This document shows positions 45,722 through 56,065 of a stretch of DNA of 64,000 nt, piece after piece. Made by a program: the position numbers and the translations under genes. The notes below the pieces were generated by a model. The model saw only the letters and a list, made by a program, of their open reading frames with translations. It had not been told where the DNA came from and made no database searches. The DNA is taken from contig JAUYJF010000006.1 of assembly GCA_030688685.1 (NCBI GenBank), forward strand, positions 120-64,119, read 5' to 3'. Every line of letters starts with the position of its first letter. Position 1 is the stretch's first letter. Source of the DNA: Candidatus Yanofskybacteria bacterium (GTDB taxonomy: Bacteria; Patescibacteriota; Minisyncoccia; Minisyncoccales; UBA10102).

Positions 45722-45779
45722 ATGAGTGTGGTATGTAATTGCTTATTGGATATAAAAATGACCTTTCAAACAGTATACT

Positions 45780-46487
45780 CTAACAAACAAGGACGCGAAA
45801 TGCCTCTCCATATTTCACACGCTTCTTTTTCCCAGCCGCCCGAGCCCGAGCAAGGATATGGCCCTTTGTCTGATCCAATGAAAACCACTGACTTTCATGG
45901 GAAAGAACCGCCTGAAGTTTTAATTGCATCGTGCTTGAGACATCAATAAAACGGTTCGGGGAATCAGAAGAGAAAAACCACAGCTCTTCCACCTGATGCG
46001 GAGCAAGCCCCTTTTTGAGGAGCGCGGGGAAAAAAGATATGTTGCCCACCGCAGGATACACCGCGTCAAATACCGTTTCAGCTCCCACGCGATGATCGCG
46101 GTGAGATCGATACGTACTTTCAAAACCGGAACTCGCAGGATCAAACGTAAAGATGATATCCGGGCGCAAGTCCCGAATGAACGCCACGAGCGCGCCTCTG
46201 AGCTTTTTTGTGTTCTCAAGCTCCCCATCCGTCTCTCTGAGAAAATGCACGGAAGAAACTCCCAACACATCCGCCGCGTTCTTCTGCTCTCTTTCCCGGA
46301 TACGCGCCAGCTTTTTTCCCCCAAACCCTGTTTTGTGGCTTCCCTTTGATCCGTCCAAAAGAATGAGTTCGTACACATCGCTCCCTTCGCGTACAAGGCG
46401 GGCAAGCGTTCCCGCGCATCCAAAATCTGAATCATCCGGGTGGGGAGAAATTACCAAAACCTTCTTTTTCTTGGCAAATACTGGCAT
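45780..46487 (-). CDS. PIG-L/LmbE family deacetylase
   Basis: SPHPDD, H.DH, HESQ. Confidence 0.9.
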   Translation of the reverse strand: MPVFAKKKKVLVISPHPDDSDFGCAGTLARLVREGSDVYELILLDGSKGSHKTGFGGKKLARIREREQKNAADVLGVSSVHFLRETDGELENTKKLRGALVAFIRDLRPDIIFTFDPASSGFESTYRSHRDHRVGAETVFDAVYPAVGNISFFPALLKKGLAPHQVEELWFFSSDSPNRFIDVSSTMQLKLQAVLSHESQWFSLDQTKGHILARARAAGKKKRVKYGEAFRVLVC

Positions 46488-46520
46488 TTTCTCAGAAAAT
46501 TGCTATACTAGAGCAAACTA

Positions 46521-46821
46521 GTCCCCGCACTTACTACATTTCATTGCCTGAGAAGCTCGAGAATAAGCTCTATTCAACGAGCGACGACGAGACCTGTACC
46601 CGTAGGTACGTTGAGGAGGAGCGAGGAAGAAGATAGCTTTATTATGGAGCTTCCCTATGGGCAAGTGAATTTGAACCACCTTCTTTGTTGTCCCGCTGCG
46701 CGGGATCTCGCAAAGCGAGACTCGTCGTTCACGTATCGCCTGATACGCGTCACTCCTCGCGCCTTGAATCTGGTTCAACATTCATCTTGCTCAGACAACG
46801 AAATGTAGTAAGTGCGGAGAC
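46521..46821. ncRNA. Candidate ~300-nt highly structured RNA upstream of HU
   Basis: ~32-bp closing inverted repeat and multiple nested helices; promoter-like motifs on both sides. Confidence 0.55.
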
Positions 46822-46866
46822 GAAAAGGTCGGATAAAGGAATACACGAGAAATTGTATCATTTCCC

Positions 46867-47139
46867 ATGACAAAAGAACAAGTATTAGAAGCTATGGCCG
46901 AGGGAGCTGACATGTCCAAGGCGCAAGCAGACAGAGCTCTCGGCGCATTGTTGGATTCCATTAAGAAAGCGCTCAAGAAGGGAGATTCCCTCACGCTTTC
47001 CGGATTTGGAACATTCAAGGTTTCAAATCGCAAGGCCCGCCAGGGAATCAACCCGAAAACAGGGGCAAAACTCCAAATCCCCGCACGAACCGTTCCAAAG
47101 TTTACCGCGGGAAAGGGACTGAAAGAGGCAGTACGTTAA
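46867..47139 (+). CDS. hup: DNA-binding protein HU
   Basis: GFGTF, RQGINPKTG, PKFTAGKGLK. Confidence 0.97.
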   Translation: MTKEQVLEAMAEGADMSKAQADRALGALLDSIKKALKKGDSLTLSGFGTFKVSNRKARQGINPKTGAKLQIPARTVPKFTAGKGLKEAVR

Positions 47140-47151
47140 AGAGAAACTATA

Positions 47152-47180
47152 AGCAAAACCCCCATTCGGGGGTTTTTGCT
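47152..47180. terminator. Bidirectional terminator
   Basis: GCAAAACCCC-ATTC-GGGGGTTTTTGC between convergent genes. Confidence 0.7.
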
Positions 47181-47182
47181 TC

Positions 47183-47575
47183 TTACGGAGTCGCGGGAGA
47201 AAGTATCCGTTCCTTTACCTTGGTTATAATATCCTCCACCGTATGATCTGACTTTACAATGTAGTCAAACTCATCTTTTCCAAGCGCGCCCGCTATTTCA
47301 TGAAGAATATTTACATTCGTCAGCACGATCACTCTCGCATTTTTTCCCCATGGATCTTTCCGGAGGTTCCTGAGCACGGTCATACCGTTCATCTTGGGCA
47401 GTAAAAGATCCAGCAATATTAAATCGGGTTTCATTGCTAAGGCCGCTTCATACCCGTCTTTTCCATTATGCTCACAGCGCACAGAGAACCCGCTCAAAAG
47501 GAGCTGGTCTTCCAGGATTTTCGCGAGCGCCTCCTCGTCTTCAATGACAAGCACGGTATTTTTATGCTCTTCCAT
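47183..47575 (-). CDS. Single-domain response regulator (receiver)
   Basis: LVIEDE, PDLILLDLLLPKMNG, VLTN, YIVK. Confidence 0.92.
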   Translation of the reverse strand: MEEHKNTVLVIEDEEALAKILEDQLLLSGFSVRCEHNGKDGYEAALAMKPDLILLDLLLPKMNGMTVLRNLRKDPWGKNARVIVLTNVNILHEIAGALGKDEFDYIVKSDHTVEDIITKVKERILSPATP

Positions 47576-47624
47576 AGTCTTCAGTATGCCAAAATGCGCA
47601 AAACAGGTCAACCCCAGAGCACCT

Positions 47625-50168
47625 TTATTCGTATGTGTTTTCCTCCACCTCTCCCTTGACGGGCAGCTCCAGGTAGAACGTTGTGCCTTTTCCTTCCACC
47701 GAGGTAAACCAAATCCGCCCGTTTGAAATATCAATGAGGGATTTTGCGATATACAAACCAAGTCCTGTTCCCTCTTCCTTTGTATTGTCCGCGCGGAAAA
47801 ACTTGGCAAACACTTGCCGCTGCTGTTCCCGGGTGATCCCTATGCCCGAGTCAGACACCATGCACAGCACATGGTGTTCTCCATTGCGCAAAATACTGAT
47901 GCGTACCTGTCCGCCGTCCGGAGTGTACTTAACCGCGTTTGAAAGAATATTCTGCATAATAATCTGGGCTGCCACAGGATCCATGAAGACCTGGGGCAGA
48001 GAGGCCTCATATTCTTCCCCCAGATACAGGCGCTTGCTTTTCAGTCGCTCTTTCATTTCCTCAATCGTGTCCCGTACGATAGAAACAATGTCCACGGGCA
48101 CTGCTTTCACAAAGAAGGTTCCGGATTCCAAACGCGTTACGTTCAGAAGAGCATTGACCAGCTGAATCATGCGGCGATCAGCCCGATAGATAGAAGCGAG
48201 GTATTCCTTCTGCTTTTCATTGATGGCCCCCAAGGATGCCGAACTGAGGATTTCCGTGTACCAGCTAATCGTCGTCAGGGGGGTTCTCAGTTGATGGGAA
48301 GCAATAGAGACAAAATCCTGCTTGACCCGGTCCAATACTTGCTCTTCCGTCAAATCGCGCATGACAAGAACAGCACCAAACAATTCCCCTTTGAACATGA
48401 AGGGGGAACCGACAACTTCCACGGAAACTCTGGTTCCATTTTTTCGTATGTACACATACCTGCCCACAATTTTTCCTCTGGAAGTCAGCACCTGCGTCAA
48501 TGGGCGATCCTCTATCATAAGAGGTCTTCCTTTTTCTTCCCCATATTGCTCTGCGGGAATAACATTGGCAAATACTTTCCCGGAGAGTTCATGCTCCTTC
48601 CATCCGAGGATTTGTTCGGCTGTCCTGTTCGCGCGCACAACGCGTCCCGCGTTATCGGTAACAATAATTCCATTCCCGATGCTTTCAATCAGCGCTTCTT
48701 CTCTAATCCTTGCCTCATCCAGTACCCGGTTCCTCTCCTCAAGAAGCAGGTTGGATCCGATGAGCACTTCTTTCTGTTTCTCGGTTTTGACAAGCTCCTG
48801 CGAAACCCGCTCTGCCTTTCCTTCCAGCCTTTTTTCAAATTCCCAGGTACGCTGCACAAAGTAGCGCAACGCATGGGACAATTCTTCAACCTCATCTCCC
48901 GTAGGCGAATACGGAATAGGATGATGCTTGCCTGATGCCGCTTTTTTCGCGGCAGCAGTCAGCACCCTCATTGATCTGCTGAAAGAACGAGCCGCGAACA
49001 CCACGACTCCGAACGCGACACAAAAAATGAAGAGTTCCGCGAACAAAAAAGAAAAGAAAGAGACGGTAAGATATCGATAAAAATCCGTCAGATACACAAG
49101 AGAAACTGTTTTTTCTCCGGAAGCCGGATCTTGGCTGAATGCCACGAGCTTCACGTCCCTTGTGAGGTCATCCACAATACCCCTTTCGCCGGACGCGATT
49201 GCCCGCAAAGTTTCCACAGACACTTGTTTGCCAAGCTGATCCGCGTCGCGCGGAAGCATAAGAACCTCACCGCGGGTCCCGAGAGCAGCTCCCGCAGCTC
49301 CCTCTCTTCGCACGATCTGCTCCATGCGAGCGTACGTCTGATCCCGGAGAACGCGATGCAGGGCTTTAAAGGCGATAATATCCACAAGAAGGAAAGAACC
49401 CAGGAGAATAATAAAAGACGTGATCAACGACTTCTGGAGAATAGTGAGTCGGGGACTTTTCTGAAAGAGTCCGAATTCCTGCTCAATGCGCGAACGCGTA
49501 GATAAAAGCACTCTCCCAAGCAAAAACGCGTAGACAATCGCCAAAAACAAGGAAAGCGCGACCCCATTCAGCAGCACTTTTATAAATTCTACAAAAGGAA
49601 GGTGCGCAAAGAGCACAAGCTGCAAGCCTCCAATCGCATACCCTGCTACCATGAATGCCGCGGTGAGCAACCCCACGATGAGGGGAAAATACATAATTCT
49701 CCGATAGAGCGCCTGCGGAGAAATCGGCGAAAACCCGCCCTCAAGAAACTGCTGAATATGCCGAAAATAGAGAACACAAGATCCAATGAACAATCCCCCA
49801 ATAATCGGCAGTTCCCAGACAAACGCGAACGTAATCCAATGAAGCTGGAGGACGTTCAGGTTAATCGTGAGAAGAAAATAAACAGGCGCGAACACCCAAA
49901 ACCAGATCAACAGTCCTCCCCAGAGTATGAAAATCACTTGGCCGCGAGGAGCGAGCCCATCCCTTCGCTGAAACGCGAAAAAGTAGAGAGGAAGATTCAG
50001 GAGCACAAGAAAAGCGAGGAGAGCCGGAAAGGCCCACCACGAGATCGGAACATATCCTAGGATCGCGAGAAGCGCGTAGAGAGCGACACAAAAAAATCCC
50101 ACCCCAAGAAGGAGAATGAATCCAATGATCCTTCTCTTTTCTGTTCCATTGCGGTAAAGGAGATTCAT
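47625..50168 (-). CDS. Multi-TM HAMP-PAS sensor histidine kinase
   Basis: SHQLRTPL, NAVKY, DSGIG, GTGLGL; PAS segment; N-terminal TM helices. Confidence 0.93.
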   Translation of the reverse strand: MNLLYRNGTEKRRIIGFILLLGVGFFCVALYALLAILGYVPISWWAFPALLAFLVLLNLPLYFFAFQRRDGLAPRGQVIFILWGGLLIWFWVFAPVYFLLTINLNVLQLHWITFAFVWELPIIGGLFIGSCVLYFRHIQQFLEGGFSPISPQALYRRIMYFPLIVGLLTAAFMVAGYAIGGLQLVLFAHLPFVEFIKVLLNGVALSLFLAIVYAFLLGRVLLSTRSRIEQEFGLFQKSPRLTILQKSLITSFIILLGSFLLVDIIAFKALHRVLRDQTYARMEQIVRREGAAGAALGTRGEVLMLPRDADQLGKQVSVETLRAIASGERGIVDDLTRDVKLVAFSQDPASGEKTVSLVYLTDFYRYLTVSFFSFLFAELFIFCVAFGVVVFAARSFSRSMRVLTAAAKKAASGKHHPIPYSPTGDEVEELSHALRYFVQRTWEFEKRLEGKAERVSQELVKTEKQKEVLIGSNLLLEERNRVLDEARIREEALIESIGNGIIVTDNAGRVVRANRTAEQILGWKEHELSGKVFANVIPAEQYGEEKGRPLMIEDRPLTQVLTSRGKIVGRYVYIRKNGTRVSVEVVGSPFMFKGELFGAVLVMRDLTEEQVLDRVKQDFVSIASHQLRTPLTTISWYTEILSSASLGAINEKQKEYLASIYRADRRMIQLVNALLNVTRLESGTFFVKAVPVDIVSIVRDTIEEMKERLKSKRLYLGEEYEASLPQVFMDPVAAQIIMQNILSNAVKYTPDGGQVRISILRNGEHHVLCMVSDSGIGITREQQRQVFAKFFRADNTKEEGTGLGLYIAKSLIDISNGRIWFTSVEGKGTTFYLELPVKGEVEENTYE

Positions 50169-50270
50169 CCTATATACTACTATGAAACAAAACTACAAAG
50201 CAGTCAACAAAAAACTCAGGAGAACTGCCGTCTCCAGTCACAGAAATAACTTCGTTGCAGAGAAACCGCT

Positions 50271-50585
50271 TTACTCTTCAGCGGTAAAACACATATAGCA
50301 GACAACTCCTGGGATAAGCTGGAACTCAATCCCCTTTTCCCGGTCTTCCTCGGAAACCCCCGCATTCTTTGAAAGAATCCGTAAGCTTCCCTCGCCGTCT
50401 GCGATCTTGTTCTTGCAAACCGCGCACACGGTATGCTCTTTTTTTGTGTGAAGCGTGAGCAGCATGAGCTCCGCGTCCGCGAGGAAACTTTCCGTAACCA
50501 GGTCAGCGTCAGCTTCACGGATCGGTACCACCCCCTTCACTTCCCTATTGCACTTCTCGCATATTACGATCACGGCTTTTTTCAT
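50271..50585 (-). CDS. Hypothetical protein with three CxxC motifs
   Basis: CEKC, CAVC, CYMC. Confidence 0.6.
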   Translation of the reverse strand: MKKAVIVICEKCNREVKGVVPIREADADLVTESFLADAELMLLTLHTKKEHTVCAVCKNKIADGEGSLRILSKNAGVSEEDREKGIEFQLIPGVVCYMCFTAEE

Positions 50586-50785
50586 ATATCTGCCATCCGC
50601 GTCATGAGAAACGCGCCATCATGAAATACTGCGCATACCGTCGACTCGTATGCTCCGTTGATTCTGGGAAAAACAGAAAAGGAACCTGCTTACTCTGGGT
50701 TCCATTCCTGTGTTCTCTTGCCAAATTTCCCTTTCTTATACGATCGCGCGGTTTTTCTTGGCAGAAGGACTCCATAGGCAGAGTG

Positions 50786-51733
50786 TTACGCGCTCGCGTG
50801 AAATTCGCATCTGGACCCGTTCTTGCGCACATAATCGTACGCGGAAGTTGCCGCTACCGCCCCAAGCGCCGCGGCTGTGATATCTTGCTTGAACCCCTCA
50901 AAATGATTTACCGCGTCTCCAGCAGGAAATACCCCCGGAACATTGGTTCTCATCATGTTGTCCGCCTTCAGGTACCCGCGTTCATCAAGTTCAAGCCCCA
51001 GCTGATCCGCGAATGTTTTGTCAGGATCAAAGCCAATCTCAACAAACAGCCCGTCCACCGCGAGGCGTTCTTCTCCTCTGTATGAACGGCTCAAGACCAA
51101 GGATTCCAATTTCTTCTCTCCCACAATCTCTTTGACTTGTGTTTCAGCAAGTATCTCAACCTTCTCTCCGTGCGCTTTCATACGCTCCATGTTTACGGGC
51201 TCAGCATGCGGTTCTTTTTCCCTGGTAATAAGGTAAATCTTCTCTGCGTATTCCGCGAGGAAATTCACTCCCTTTACGGAAGAATCGCCTCCTCCCACCA
51301 TGGCAACCGTCTTTTTCGCGTACACGGGCCCATCGCATGTCACGCAATAGTGAACGCCCTTTCCGGTCAGCTCCTTTTCATTGGGAAGGTTCAGATGCCG
51401 GCGCTGAGCTCCAATAGCAAGAATAACCGCTTTCGCGTGCACACTCTCTTTTTCAGTGAAAACATCAAAGCACGCGTCCTTTTTTTTCACGCGGATCACT
51501 CTTCCCTCCCGGATTTCAGCCCCCGCGGCCAGCGCCTGCTCTTTCATGGCAGCCATGAGCTCGTATCCGTCAATAATCTTGTTGCCGGGCCAGTTCTCAA
51601 TCGCTCCCGCGGTCGCCGTTTCTCCTCCGAACTCCTCTCCGATAAGCAAGGTATTCAATTTATACCGCTCAGCATAGATGGCAGCCGACAAGCCCGCCGC
51701 TCCTGTTCCAATAATAACAAGATCGTAGGTCAT
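50786..51733 (-). CDS. trxB: Thioredoxin reductase
   Basis: IIGTGAAG, YCVTCDG, VGGGDS, AGD. Confidence 0.93.
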   Translation of the reverse strand: MTYDLVIIGTGAAGLSAAIYAERYKLNTLLIGEEFGGETATAGAIENWPGNKIIDGYELMAAMKEQALAAGAEIREGRVIRVKKKDACFDVFTEKESVHAKAVILAIGAQRRHLNLPNEKELTGKGVHYCVTCDGPVYAKKTVAMVGGGDSSVKGVNFLAEYAEKIYLITREKEPHAEPVNMERMKAHGEKVEILAETQVKEIVGEKKLESLVLSRSYRGEERLAVDGLFVEIGFDPDKTFADQLGLELDERGYLKADNMMRTNVPGVFPAGDAVNHFEGFKQDITAAALGAVAATSAYDYVRKNGSRCEFHASA

Positions 51734-53592
51734 ACTGTTTCAATAGGCCTAGTATAGGTAATTTTCTTCTTTTCTTCAAAACGGGTTTCGTCCGCGAGGT
51801 AGAAGGCGCTGTTGATAAGCCCGATATGCGCGTACGCCTGAGGGAAATTCCCCAGAAATTCAAAGGACGAGGGATCCATCTGCTCAGCGTACAGTCCCAG
51901 GTGATTGGCGTATTCTACCATTTTTATGAAATGCTCGCGCGCTTCCTCTTTTTGGCCCGCGAGGGCGAGAGCGTCAATAAGCCAAAAAGAAGCAGGGACG
52001 AACGCCTCCTTTCTTGTGTGCAGGCCGACAGCCTCCGTATACCTGAGCAAAAGCCCGTTCTCCAGAGAAAGCTCCCGCTGGATTGCCTGGATCGTGAGGA
52101 GCATTTTTTCATCGTTCCCCTGAATAAATCCCACCGCGGCAAGCAAGAGGAGAGAGACATCAAGGCCCGTGGAATCAAAACTTTGCACAAACGATTTCTT
52201 TTCCTCTGACCATCCCCGTTTCATTACCTCCTCGCGGATCGCCTCTTTTTCTTTCTTCCAAAGCTCAATTTCTCCCTCAAACCCGTAGGCTTCAGCGATC
52301 TTGAGCGCGCGATCCAGCGCGACCCAGCACATCACCTTTGAATATACAAAATGCCGCTTTCCTCCCCGCACTTCCCATATGCCTTCATCCGGCTCGCGCC
52401 ATACCTTTACGACGTACTGGGCAAGCTTGCGAAAGATATCCCACGTGTATTCGGGAATTTCATAGGTAGGATCAAATCGGTGAATACGCCACACCGTATC
52501 AAGAAGGCTTCCGTAGATATCCCACTGTTTCTGAAGCGAAGCCTTGTTTCCGATACGCACTGGATGTGACCCGCGGTACCCTTCCAGATGCGAAAGAACT
52601 TCCTCGGTGAGATCCTTTTCTCCCCGAAGCCCATACATAACCTGCATGTCTTCGGGCTGAAATGCTTCCACGTTGCAGCATTCCCGGAGCAGCCAGTCCA
52701 TGTATCTGCGTGCTTCAGCATCATATCCCATCAAAAACAGGGCCTGTAATGTAAAAGCGGAATCCCGAATCCAGGAAAACCGGTAGTCCCAGTTCCGCTT
52801 TCCTCCCACCGCTTCAGGAAGAGAGGTCGTGGCGGCAGCGGCAATGGAACCTGGCGGCTCAAAGAAGAGGATCTTGAGAACAAGGGAAGAACGCACCACC
52901 ATTTCATGCCAAGGACCCGCGAACGCGCAGGTGTTCAGGTCGCAGTGATGCACCCAATCCTCCCAGAATTTTTTTGTTGCCTCCAGTTCTTTTTCATGGT
53001 GGGGCGCCTCCCATTCTTCAGGGACAGTGTCGTGGTAGTGAAACGTAAAATAGGCGGTTTCTCCCTCCTCCATGCGCAAGACGCAGCTTGCCCCGTTTTC
53101 ATCAAGAACGTACGCCCCTGGACCCACCAGCTCCCCTCTCTTATTTCCTTCATGGTATACGGCAATACCGTGTTCCATAAGAGAAAGCGTGGTCTCCCCC
53201 CGCGCGTAGTCAAAACGCGGGCTGAACTCAACCTTGAGCTCACACACTCCCTTTGCGCACACGAGTTTCCGATGAACCTCCGCTTTTTCTATTTCCTTCA
53301 TGTCACGCCCGGGCTGCGCTGGAATGAAGTCAATCAGCTCAGCAACGCCTGTTCTGGTTGTGAACCTGGTTATGAGAATATTGGTCTGCCCAAGATATTC
53401 CTGCTCCGCGTCATAGGATCCAGAAGGAGCGATAGACCACTTTCCGCCCTTCTTGTCATCTAAGATCGCCGCGAACACCGAGGGAGAATCCAGATAAGGA
53501 GCTGGCTTCCAATCAATAGAGCCGTCTTTTGCGACCAAGGCGGCGGATCTGAGGTTTCCAATAATTGCGTAATCCCGAATAGGTTTATACAT
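51730..53592 (-). CDS. Glycoside hydrolase family 15 (glucoamylase/trehalase-like)
   Basis: AAATTSLPE, RNWDYRFSWIRD, GIWEVRG, GNFPQA. Confidence 0.93.
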   Translation of the reverse strand: MYKPIRDYAIIGNLRSAALVAKDGSIDWKPAPYLDSPSVFAAILDDKKGGKWSIAPSGSYDAEQEYLGQTNILITRFTTRTGVAELIDFIPAQPGRDMKEIEKAEVHRKLVCAKGVCELKVEFSPRFDYARGETTLSLMEHGIAVYHEGNKRGELVGPGAYVLDENGASCVLRMEEGETAYFTFHYHDTVPEEWEAPHHEKELEATKKFWEDWVHHCDLNTCAFAGPWHEMVVRSSLVLKILFFEPPGSIAAAATTSLPEAVGGKRNWDYRFSWIRDSAFTLQALFLMGYDAEARRYMDWLLRECCNVEAFQPEDMQVMYGLRGEKDLTEEVLSHLEGYRGSHPVRIGNKASLQKQWDIYGSLLDTVWRIHRFDPTYEIPEYTWDIFRKLAQYVVKVWREPDEGIWEVRGGKRHFVYSKVMCWVALDRALKIAEAYGFEGEIELWKKEKEAIREEVMKRGWSEEKKSFVQSFDSTGLDVSLLLLAAVGFIQGNDEKMLLTIQAIQRELSLENGLLLRYTEAVGLHTRKEAFVPASFWLIDALALAGQKEEAREHFIKMVEYANHLGLYAEQMDPSSFEFLGNFPQAYAHIGLINSAFYLADETRFEEKKKITYTRPIETV

Positions 53593-53638
53593 GCGCGAGC
53601 TCTCTTTGACTGTGATTCGGTCATTCTACCACTGAACA

Positions 53639-53878
53639 CTAGGAACCCAAAGAAAGCAGTTCTGAGAGCTTCTGGCGGTCAAACCCGATAACAATGGTTC
53701 CGTCAACGTCAATAACGGGAACTCCCATCTGCTCTGATTTTACGATCATATCTTCCCTTGCCTGCTCGTCTTCCGCCACGTTCTTTTCCTCGTACGCCAC
53801 GTTATTCTCTTTGAAGAACTCTTTTGCCGCGCGGCAATATACGCATGTTGGAGTTGTGTAAATGGTAACTTTTGCCAT
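53639..53878 (-). CDS. Glutaredoxin-like (NrdH/YruB) protein
   Basis: YTTPTCVYC, GVPV, GFD. Confidence 0.92.
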   Translation of the reverse strand: MAKVTIYTTPTCVYCRAAKEFFKENNVAYEEKNVAEDEQAREDMIVKSEQMGVPVIDVDGTIVIGFDRQKLSELLSLGS

Positions 53879-53929
53879 ACTATCAATGAATTTATTTGTA
53901 TCGGTGATCGACTCGCTTCTCATTGTACT

Positions 53930-54289
53930 CTATCTTTCTTTTTCCTCAAGTTCCTCGTCACTGTACCCAAAGTAATGGGCGAATTCATGGATAATCGTGC
54001 GCCGGATAATCTCTTGCAATTCTTCTTCATTCCCCGCCTGGCTCTCAATCGCTTGGCGGAACAAAGTAATCTTGTCTGGAATGCTTCCTCCGAACCCTTT
54101 CCCCCATTCCGTTTCAGGAACTCCCTCGTACAGCCCGAGGAGAATCTCTCCCCGTTCCAGCTCAAGACGCTTCTTCTGCTCTTTGCTGGGAGATGGTTCA
54201 ATGCACACCGCAACATTCCGCAGGCGATCTTTAACATCCTGAGGAAGCCCTTCTATGGCTTTTTCCGCGAGCGCTTTAAATTTCTTCAT
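53930..54289 (-). CDS. Zincin-like metallopeptidase (DUF1025 type)
   Basis: LLGLYEGVP, PDKITLF, HEFAHYFG. Confidence 0.85.
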   Translation of the reverse strand: MKKFKALAEKAIEGLPQDVKDRLRNVAVCIEPSPSKEQKKRLELERGEILLGLYEGVPETEWGKGFGGSIPDKITLFRQAIESQAGNEEELQEIIRRTIIHEFAHYFGYSDEELEEKER

Positions 54290-54332
54290 GGAAGCAGTAT
54301 ACACTACCCTCTGGCGCCCAACCAAAACCCCG

Positions 54333-54899
54333 CTAAAAGCGGGATTTGAGCTGGCGTTCCATTTGACGATAGTTCGGGAATGTTTTTGCCACCTGATGCC
54401 AAAAACGGGCGGAGTGGTCCAGATGCCGCAAATGGCAGAGCTCGTGCACAATAATGTAGTCAGCCACCTGGCGAGGAAGAAACAAGAGCTTGTAATTAAA
54501 GTTCAGGTTTTTCTTTGAGGAGCAGCTTCCCCACATGGACCTGTGGTTTTTAATGCGCACCTTGCCATATTGGACCCGATAGAGAGACCGATAATAAGCA
54601 AGGCGGCGGTTTACGAATTCCCTCGCCTTTTCCTTATGCGCCAGGTAGAGCCTACGGTCGCTCTTAAAGAAGATCCCGCCCTCAAATTTGCGGAAGAGGC
54701 GAATTTGCTCAATCATCCAAAGAGCCTTCTGCCGGATGAACGCCCGAATGAGCCCCTCATCCATCCCTCTGGGGATCGTCAGGACAAATCTGCCATCGTA
54801 ATAGGCATCCAGGCGCATGGTTTTCGCGCGCCGGCTCACCTTTACCGCGTAGCGGAGTTTGCGATTTTTTATCGTTATTTGCCGCTGCATAGACTTCAT
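54333..54899 (-). CDS. YgjP-like (DUF45/M48) metal-dependent hydrolase
   Basis: WGSCS, YIIVHELCH...HS.RFW. Confidence 0.88.
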   Translation of the reverse strand: MKSMQRQITIKNRKLRYAVKVSRRAKTMRLDAYYDGRFVLTIPRGMDEGLIRAFIRQKALWMIEQIRLFRKFEGGIFFKSDRRLYLAHKEKAREFVNRRLAYYRSLYRVQYGKVRIKNHRSMWGSCSSKKNLNFNYKLLFLPRQVADYIIVHELCHLRHLDHSARFWHQVAKTFPNYRQMERQLKSRF

Positions 54900-54982
54900 G
54901 TATAGCAGAACTCCCCTTTTCCGTCAAAAGGAGTCTGATACAAGCAACGACGTTTGAGAGCGGCCTCTTCTTGCAAGGAAGA

Positions 54983-55471
54983 CTACCGTATCTCCAAGAG
55001 TTCCACCTCAAATATGAGTGTTGCATCTTGCGGAATAACGCCGGGAATCCCCTGCGCTCCGTACGCCAAATGAGGAGGGATGGTCAGGAGACGCTTTCCT
55101 CCTATTTTCATTCCCTGAACCCCCTGCTCCCATCCCTGGATCACCTGCCCCGCCCCCAAAGTAAATTCGAGGGGAGTGCCTCTATCAAGGGAACTGTCAA
55201 ACTTCGTTCCGTCCAGCAAAGTACCCGTGTAATGCACGGAGACCTCATCTCCATTCTTTGCCGCTTCTCCCTCTCCTTCCGTGAGATCTTCGATGACGAG
55301 TTGTTCTGCCATTATGGTTAAAGATTCTTCTTGGTTATTTTGCTCCTGATTCACCGGAAGGGTTAGGGTATCTGCACCAGTATCCAGGGAGACTGTGTCC
55401 TGAAAGTAAAAGAACGAAAACACCCCGCCTGCCGCAAGAAATAAAATGAGAGAAATAAGGTACTGCTTCAT
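54983..55471 (-). CDS. FKBP-type peptidyl-prolyl isomerase with N-terminal anchor
   Basis: VHYTG.L.DGTKFDSS, VIQGWEQG, LAYG, LIFEVEL. Confidence 0.95.
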   Translation of the reverse strand: MKQYLISLILFLAAGGVFSFFYFQDTVSLDTGADTLTLPVNQEQNNQEESLTIMAEQLVIEDLTEGEGEAAKNGDEVSVHYTGTLLDGTKFDSSLDRGTPLEFTLGAGQVIQGWEQGVQGMKIGGKRLLTIPPHLAYGAQGIPGVIPQDATLIFEVELLEIR

Positions 55472-55476
55472 AGTAT

Positions 55477-55923
55477 TTAGAGTTCTTCCCTTCTTTGCCG
55501 CTGAATAACCCGCCAGTGGTAGAGATACAGGGGAAACCCTACCAATGCCATGGCCAAGGAATTGGATGCTTCCCGCTGTCGGCGCACAACGACAGGATCA
55601 ATCCGGGCGGAACGTTCCTGCCACTCGTTGTACTGGACAATCCACTGGGCCAAAAACTCCTTCTCTTCGTCTGTAAGAGCAATCTCCTCCTTCTGTTCCA
55701 GCGTGCCATTGGTATCTTTTGCAACTCTCTCCAGAGAGAACGCAGGGTATGGAGCGCGATCCCATAAACGTTCCTCTTGTTCCACTTGGGTAAACACAAA
55801 CGCCTTGAGAGCCATATCAATGAACCTTACCCCGCTGATGATAATCAGTACCAATCCCACCAGCGCGAACAGATACAAATAAATAGTGCGAATAATGGGA
55901 GCTGCGACAGATTGTTTTGCCAT
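55477..55923 (-). CDS. Membrane protein (DUF5671-like)
   Basis: IRTIYLYLFALVGL...LVGFPLYLYHW. Confidence 0.7.
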   Translation of the reverse strand: MAKQSVAAPIIRTIYLYLFALVGLVLIIISGVRFIDMALKAFVFTQVEQEERLWDRAPYPAFSLERVAKDTNGTLEQKEEIALTDEEKEFLAQWIVQYNEWQERSARIDPVVVRRQREASNSLAMALVGFPLYLYHWRVIQRQRREEL

Positions 55924-56065
55924 GCGTTGTTATAGATATTATTGGTAATTGAGTCAGTATAGCATATTCCCTTTCCGCGCCATAGGCCCATATAGACGCT
56001 TGATTTTCCCTGGAGAATCTAGTATGCTCGCTTTTAGTAAATCTCTGTGAAAGTGAGGCAGGATC

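Noticed and set aside
46521-46821. Identification as tmRNA, RNase P or SRP RNA, or as the short ORFs 46518-46781 / 46611-46808
   Set aside because: It has no tRNA-like ends, no GAGGAAAGTCC and no SRP helix-8 motif. The ORFs lack an RBS and homology and overlap a strong inverted repeat.
50602-50832. 76-aa ORF downstream of trxB
   Set aside because: It overlaps the trxB end and has no motif or RBS support.
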